This document shows, in pieces, positions 17,283 through 21,626 of a stretch of DNA of 21,626 bases. Below the pieces are notes generated by a model. That model ran no database searches. It was given only the letters and a program-made list of their open reading frames with translations, and had not been told where the DNA came from. Location of the stretch: assembly GCA_047611865.1 (NCBI GenBank), contig JBLFWS010000045.1:1-21626 (forward strand), given 5' to 3'. The stretch is from Chlamydiales bacterium. GTDB taxonomy: Bacteria; Chlamydiota; Chlamydiia; Chlamydiales; JBDQID01. Each line of letters opens with the position of its first letter. The first letter of the stretch is position 1. The position numbers and the translations under genes were made by a program.

Positions 17283-18163
17283 GTGGTCGCTGCACTCAAA
17301 TTCTTGAGCTCTTCCACTTCATCCACTTGAGCGCCTTCTTCAGGGGTTTGTGCTATTCCTTGAAGTCCTATAAGCCCTCTACGAGACTCTCTTGCGAAAC
17401 GTAGCCAATGGCGGACTTCAGGCAAATCTTCCACTTCCCTCTCAGTCTTATCCAAAGCTTCATCCAACCTGAGCCCGGAACGATAGAGCAACTTGAAAGC
17501 TTTAGCCAAAGCTTTACGAGCTTCAAAGGAAAACCCATGCCTTTTCAGGCCAACTGTGTTCACGCCCCCAAATTTGTATGGGATACTCCCCCCTACTGTA
17601 TAGGGTAAAACATCGTGGGTGACTCTACTCATACCACCAACCATCGCATATCGACCAATTCGGGAAAATTGGTGTACAGGTGTCATTCCACCAATAATGG
17701 CGTAATCCTCTACCTGAACGTGACCAGCTAGAGTTGCGTTGTTACTCATTATCACGTGATTGCCAAGCTCGCAATTGTGTGCGATGTGACAATAGGCCAT
17801 GATCAGGCAATTATCGCCCACTCTAACCTCTGAACTCTCCCCACATGAAGCGTTAATGGTAACAAACTCTCTGATTTCACAGTTCTTCCCGATGATTACA
17901 TAAGTTGTCTCACCACGGTATTTAAGATCCTGTGTTTTGGTCCCTATGCTTGCTGAGGGCCATATAACAGTTCCCTGACCAATTGTCGTGTTACCGTCTA
18001 CATAAACGAAGGACTTTATCACTACATCGTCTTCAATAGTAACGCTACCATTGATTACGGCATATGCTTCGATTGTGACATTACGACCAATTTTTGCTCC
18101 GGGATCAATAATTGCACTCGGGTGAATATTCGAATCTTTTTTTTGATCTTCTGTAGCTGACAT
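17279..18163 (-). CDS. lpxA: UDP-N-acetylglucosamine acyltransferase
   Basis: Hexapeptide repeats, IHPSAII, QDLKY, HIAHNC, LAGHV, VHQF, N.VGLKRHGF. Confidence 0.98.
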   Translation of the reverse strand: MSATEDQKKDSNIHPSAIIDPGAKIGRNVTIEAYAVINGSVTIEDDVVIKSFVYVDGNTTIGQGTVIWPSASIGTKTQDLKYRGETTYVIIGKNCEIREFVTINASCGESSEVRVGDNCLIMAYCHIAHNCELGNHVIMSNNATLAGHVQVEDYAIIGGMTPVHQFSRIGRYAMVGGMSRVTHDVLPYTVGGSIPYKFGGVNTVGLKRHGFSFEARKALAKAFKLLYRSGLRLDEALDKTEREVEDLPEVRHWLRFARESRRGLIGLQGIAQTPEEGAQVDEVEELKNLSAATT

Positions 18164-18195
18164 GCGCTTCTTATTTTTTCGAGGTTAAAAACTTC

Positions 18196-18669
18196 TTATA
18201 TCTGACTTTTGTCGAGAAAGGCAAAACCTATTTCCGCCTGAACAGCCAGCTTATCGCCTACCATAGCTTTTGCTTCAATGCGTCCGCCCTTACTGCTAAA
18301 ATGCAGTCCCTTTACATGGAGCATGAGAATATCTCCGGGCTTGACTGGATTACGAAATTTTGCGTTGTTAACATTAAGAAAGACGGCAATCTTATCGGTA
18401 GCGCCTTTCTTATGCACCAAAATGCCCCCTGCTTGAGCCAATGCCTCAAGGATGAGAACTCCTGGCATAATAGGAGCTCCTGGAAAATGCCCTTGAAAAA
18501 ACTGTTCATTTGCCGTGACATTTTTTTGAGCCAATATCGTTCCTTCTTCCAAATTCATTTCCAAGACTTTATCAACGAGTAGGAAAGGGTAGCGGTGAGG
18601 GAGGAACTCCAAAACTTCTTTGAATTCAAAAAGAGCTTTCGAGGCTAAAGAATTCGTCGGAGCAGTCAT
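18196..18669 (-). CDS. fabZ: 3-hydroxyacyl-ACP dehydratase
   Basis: LPHRYPFLLVD, FFQGHFP, PIMPGVLILEALAQ; start overlaps the lpxC stop (TAATG). Confidence 0.99.
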   Translation of the reverse strand: MTAPTNSLASKALFEFKEVLEFLPHRYPFLLVDKVLEMNLEEGTILAQKNVTANEQFFQGHFPGAPIMPGVLILEALAQAGGILVHKKGATDKIAVFLNVNNAKFRNPVKPGDILMLHVKGLHFSSKGGRIEAKAMVGDKLAVQAEIGFAFLDKSQI

Positions 18670-19517
18670 TAACTATTCTCCATAGTAATTTGATTATAAA
18701 GTTTTTTCGCCAAAGCCACATTACTCTTGTGACCAGAACGAATTGCGATAATGTGGGCATTAAATGGAACACCCACGAGAGAAAGATCTCCTATTAGATC
18801 GAGAACCTTGTGTCTAACCATTTCATCGGGAAAACGCAGGCCTTCCTTACTCAAAATGACATCATCTTTGACAACCACAGCGTTATCCAAGCTCCCGCCT
18901 TTAATCAATCCTCGATCTATTAGAAAGGAAATTTCTTCATAGAGAGAAAATGTTCTACAAGTTCCAATTTCCTCCTTAAAAATTTTTTGATTGATTACTG
19001 AAGAGAAATACTGAGAACGGATAGCTTCGGCTTCTGGATAATGAAGGGTATAACTAATACGGTAGTCTGCTGAAGGCAGGGCTACCATATGAACATGCCC
19101 ATCAGAAAGGTATACTGGGTGTTTTAGAGAAACTACTGATTTTTCAGAACTTTGCTCCGTAATTCCAGCCTCCTCTATCATTTCCAGAAATGGTGCTGAG
19201 CTACCATCTCCAACTGGAGGTTCTGATCCTGAAACTTCGATGATCAAGTTATCTATTTCGCAGGATCTAACTGCAGCTAGAACATGTTCTATAGTGTGGA
19301 TGCGAACATCCCCAATACCAATATTCGTGCTACGGGATGTATCTTGAACATATTCAACGGTTGCCGGGATTTCCGGAGTTCCCGAAATATCTGTGCGCCG
19401 AAATAGAACACCTGTATCTTCTTTTGCTGGACAAAAGCGAAGTTCGACACTTTCGCCAGTATGGAGGCCGATACCGGAGAGTGAAGACTCTCCTTTCAGT
19501 GTTTTTTGCTTCCTCAA
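18669..19517 (-). CDS. lpxC: UDP-3-O-acyl-N-acetylglucosamine deacetylase (TTG start)
   Basis: GIGLHTG, TIEHVLAA, DGSS, GGSLDNA, RHKVLDLIGD zinc motifs; SD GAGG. Confidence 0.99.
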   Translation of the reverse strand: MRKQKTLKGESSLSGIGLHTGESVELRFCPAKEDTGVLFRRTDISGTPEIPATVEYVQDTSRSTNIGIGDVRIHTIEHVLAAVRSCEIDNLIIEVSGSEPPVGDGSSAPFLEMIEEAGITEQSSEKSVVSLKHPVYLSDGHVHMVALPSADYRISYTLHYPEAEAIRSQYFSSVINQKIFKEEIGTCRTFSLYEEISFLIDRGLIKGGSLDNAVVVKDDVILSKEGLRFPDEMVRHKVLDLIGDLSLVGVPFNAHIIAIRSGHKSNVALAKKLYNQITMENS

Positions 19518-19780
19518 AAGTTACCTCTTACCATTCTTAAGGAATGACTGTGCTTTACTCTTTTACGCGACCAATTCCTTATTGAAACGATCACTAAGCT
19601 GATACCACAGGATTACTTTTTTAATCAAGTCCTTGATTATCAACTGCTTGCAAGCGTCCTAGTAAGTTACTTAAATACTAGAGACAAGTGTTTCAAGAGT
19701 ATGACAAATAAAAGGCGAATCTTATCCCACTTCGCGATTTAACTAAAGTCAAAACATAAAAAAAATCAGTTCAGATAAAC

Positions 19781-21463
19781 TCAAGTGACTTTTCTTTTCC
19801 TAAACATACGAATAGAAAAAAATAATAAAACATTTACAAAAGAAAATGTAATAATGGGAATATCTCCCCACTTTGAATATATTGTTTGATGCGAATATCT
19901 AGGAAGCGACAGTAGCAAAACATCTTCTTTCCAAAGCTCACCATGTGTTAGCAATACCCGGCCCAGGCTATCAACAGCACCTGTTATACCCACGTTTGTT
20001 GAGCGAATGAGAGGAATCCCATTTTCTACTGAACGAACTAAACCATGTTGAAAGTGTTGACTTGCCAGTGTTGAGTGAGGAAACCAAACATCATTGTGCA
20101 TACTAATCAACAATTCTGCCCCAAGAAGACGATTCTCCCTCATACGGTGACCATAAATTTCCTCCGAACATATGGCGATTCCAAAAGGGACCTTCTGTGA
20201 CGTCAAAAAAACTTTCGCACTCTCTCCCGTATCAAACGAACCCTGAATTCCGTATTTAGCTGCAATAGACGCAACCCAGGGAAAGGGTATGTATTCTGAC
20301 CCTGGGATAAGAATTTGTTTTTCATACCTTCCGTAAGCCTTTACATTTGGACTGAAGTGAAAGGCTGCATTGTAACTTTTTCTAATCCCAGCGCCTTCCC
20401 GGTCAGTATCATCTAACCCTACAATCAAGTCGGCTCCAAAACAGTTCGAAATCGCCTGCGCCCAATAGGCATTGCTTACCTGCCAAATTTGATTTCCATT
20501 TTGATCTTTTACTTGTACTGAAAATGGCTCTTCTAGAGGCGGAAGTTTCTCTAAAAATGACTTGCCTAGGATAGCTTGAAAGGTTTGCTGTACTACTGAA
20601 GCCGGATAAAAAGGATTTTTTGCACCAAAAGCTACTAAACTTTCGGGGAACACTATTACCTCGACATTATCCAGATTGTACTTTTTCAATAACACAAGAA
20701 TATCTTGCCATTGAAGAAATGCTTGAATATATGGGTTATTTTGATTTGGATTGGGCATCTTCTCATCAGGAGTAAGCGCAGTATGAACTAGTGCCACAGA
20801 CATTTTCTTGCCACTCTCCTCCATTTTCTGACTATGATGCCTACTGTGAAACCACCCAAAAGTATAAGGCAATACGATTATCAACAAGCAAACTATAGCC
20901 CTGGAAATCTTTAAACCCCCTCTCCACAATCTTAGAACCAACAAGTTTGTAAATATTACCCAAAAACTTAATCCGTATATACCAAGGAGAGATGCTACTT
21001 GTAAGGAATAATGATTTGCCGTTAATGCCATTGCAGACGGATTCCAGAGGAATCCCGTGAGAAGAAACAGCCTGGACCACTCCATTAGGACCCAAAAGGA
21101 CGCACCTCCAAATACCTGCCCAAGAGTCAACCTTCCTTTTCCGACAAACAAAATTGTTAAAGCTGCAAATTGGCAAGCCATTCCCAGACAAAGGATTAAA
21201 AGCAGAGCATAAATGTACGGCCCCTGGTAATCCGTTGCTGTCATCCATGAAAGCTGAACCATTTGAACTGCTGTAAACCACACACCAGACCATACAGCTC
21301 GCATAAATTTAGACTCAACTTTACTAAGTGACTCCCAGAAAAGAACGTAAGCAAAGCTTGCCGCTATAAATGCGAATATAGGAACACTGACTGCCTGTCC
21401 TAAAGCTACGAAAAGGAACGCTAAACTGGCATAAAGCCATTGCCGTCTTGATTTGAAGTCCAA
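19781..21463 (-). CDS. lnt: Apolipoprotein N-acyltransferase (TTG start, exact start uncertain)
   Basis: N-terminal transmembrane segments plus nitrilase domain: FPES, YNAA, YEK..LIP..EYIP, ICSEE, NDVWF, RSVENG; chlamydial lnt-lpxC synteny. Confidence 0.95.
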   Translation of the reverse strand: MDFKSRRQWLYASLAFLFVALGQAVSVPIFAFIAASFAYVLFWESLSKVESKFMRAVWSGVWFTAVQMVQLSWMTATDYQGPYIYALLLILCLGMACQFAALTILFVGKGRLTLGQVFGGASFWVLMEWSRLFLLTGFLWNPSAMALTANHYSLQVASLLGIYGLSFWVIFTNLLVLRLWRGGLKISRAIVCLLIIVLPYTFGWFHSRHHSQKMEESGKKMSVALVHTALTPDEKMPNPNQNNPYIQAFLQWQDILVLLKKYNLDNVEVIVFPESLVAFGAKNPFYPASVVQQTFQAILGKSFLEKLPPLEEPFSVQVKDQNGNQIWQVSNAYWAQAISNCFGADLIVGLDDTDREGAGIRKSYNAAFHFSPNVKAYGRYEKQILIPGSEYIPFPWVASIAAKYGIQGSFDTGESAKVFLTSQKVPFGIAICSEEIYGHRMRENRLLGAELLISMHNDVWFPHSTLASQHFQHGLVRSVENGIPLIRSTNVGITGAVDSLGRVLLTHGELWKEDVLLLSLPRYSHQTIYSKWGDIPIITFSFVNVLLFFSIRMFRKRKVT

Positions 21464-21475
21464 CTTGGAAGCCTT

Positions 21476-21625
21476 TTACAATCCTCCCGGAGGCCCTATT
21501 TGGAGAGGACCATCTGGAGGGCCAGTTTGAGATCCGCCCGGACCCGTTGGTGATGCTCCTGTAGGAGGACCCGTTTGAGGTCCACCAGGACCCATTTGAG
21601 GTCCACCAGGACCCATTTGAGGTCC
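21476..21625 (-). CDS. 3' end of an unknown Gly/Pro-rich repeat protein (truncated by the window edge)
   Basis: Open frame GPQMGPGGPQMGPGGPQTGPPTGASPTGPGGSQTGPPDGPLQIGPPGGL*, stop TAA at 21478-21476, 12 nt before lnt. Gly and Pro codons vary at third positions, as expected for coding sequence. Confidence 0.75.
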   Translation of the reverse strand, partial: GPQMGPGGPQMGPGGPQTGPPTGASPTGPGGSQTGPPDGPLQIGPPGGL

Positions 21626-21626
21626 A
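21566..21626. repeat. 21-bp tandem repeat, at least 3 copies, running off the window
   Basis: AGGACCC(G/A)TTTGAGGTCCACC at 21566, 21587 and 21608 (partial); degenerate copies continue down to about 21480. Confidence 0.95.

Noticed and set aside
18667..18671. LpxC-FabZ fusion by frameshift
   Set aside because: An ordinary TAATG stop/start overlap (translational coupling) with no slippery site.
328..19602. The many plus-strand ORFs of 60-161 aa in the ORF track
   Set aside because: All lie wholly or largely antisense to well-conserved genes; typical shadow ORFs with no recognisable domains.
20841..21293. 150-aa same-strand alternative-frame ORF inside lnt (likewise 341-568, 932-1153, 3063-3263, 7417-7665, 7905-8102, 18312-18521)
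   Set aside because: The host genes are intact in their own frames, so there is no frameshift to explain, and the ORFs show no protein motifs.
21566..21626. CRISPR-like repeat (internal GGACC/GGTCC palindrome)
   Set aside because: Units are head-to-tail with no spacers, the length is a multiple of 3, and the palindrome follows from Gly-Pro codons; no cas genes.

Overview
A core-genome window from a member of the phylum Chlamydiota, probably an environmental (non-Chlamydiaceae) lineage. Every real gene is on the minus strand. In transcription order: the 3' end of an unknown Gly/Pro-repeat protein (cut by the window edge), lnt, lpxC-fabZ-lpxA-fmt, a 719-bp gene-free spacer, the chlamydial-type ribosomal super-operon (rplC,D,W,B, rpsS, rplV, rpsC, rplP, rpmC, rpsQ, rplN,X,E, rpsH, rplF,R, rpsE, rplO, secY, rpsM,K, rpoA, rplQ; no rpsJ, rpsN, rpmD, adk, infA, rpmJ or rpsD), gapA, a GrgA (CT504)-like transcription regulator and tRNA-Leu(UAA). 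I see no mobile element, CRISPR array or defence system. The best candidates for something undescribed are non-coding. Three long spacers fold by eye into nested multi-branch RNAs with G-U wobbles or position favouring the mRNA strand: before rpoA, before grgA and before rplC. Also notable are a terminator-like hairpin between rplO and secY, a recurring intergenic palindrome, a phased AT-rich tract, the GPQMGPG-repeat gene next to lnt, and a Tyr-to-Ser change beside the Lnt catalytic Cys. All structures were paired by hand and are hypotheses.
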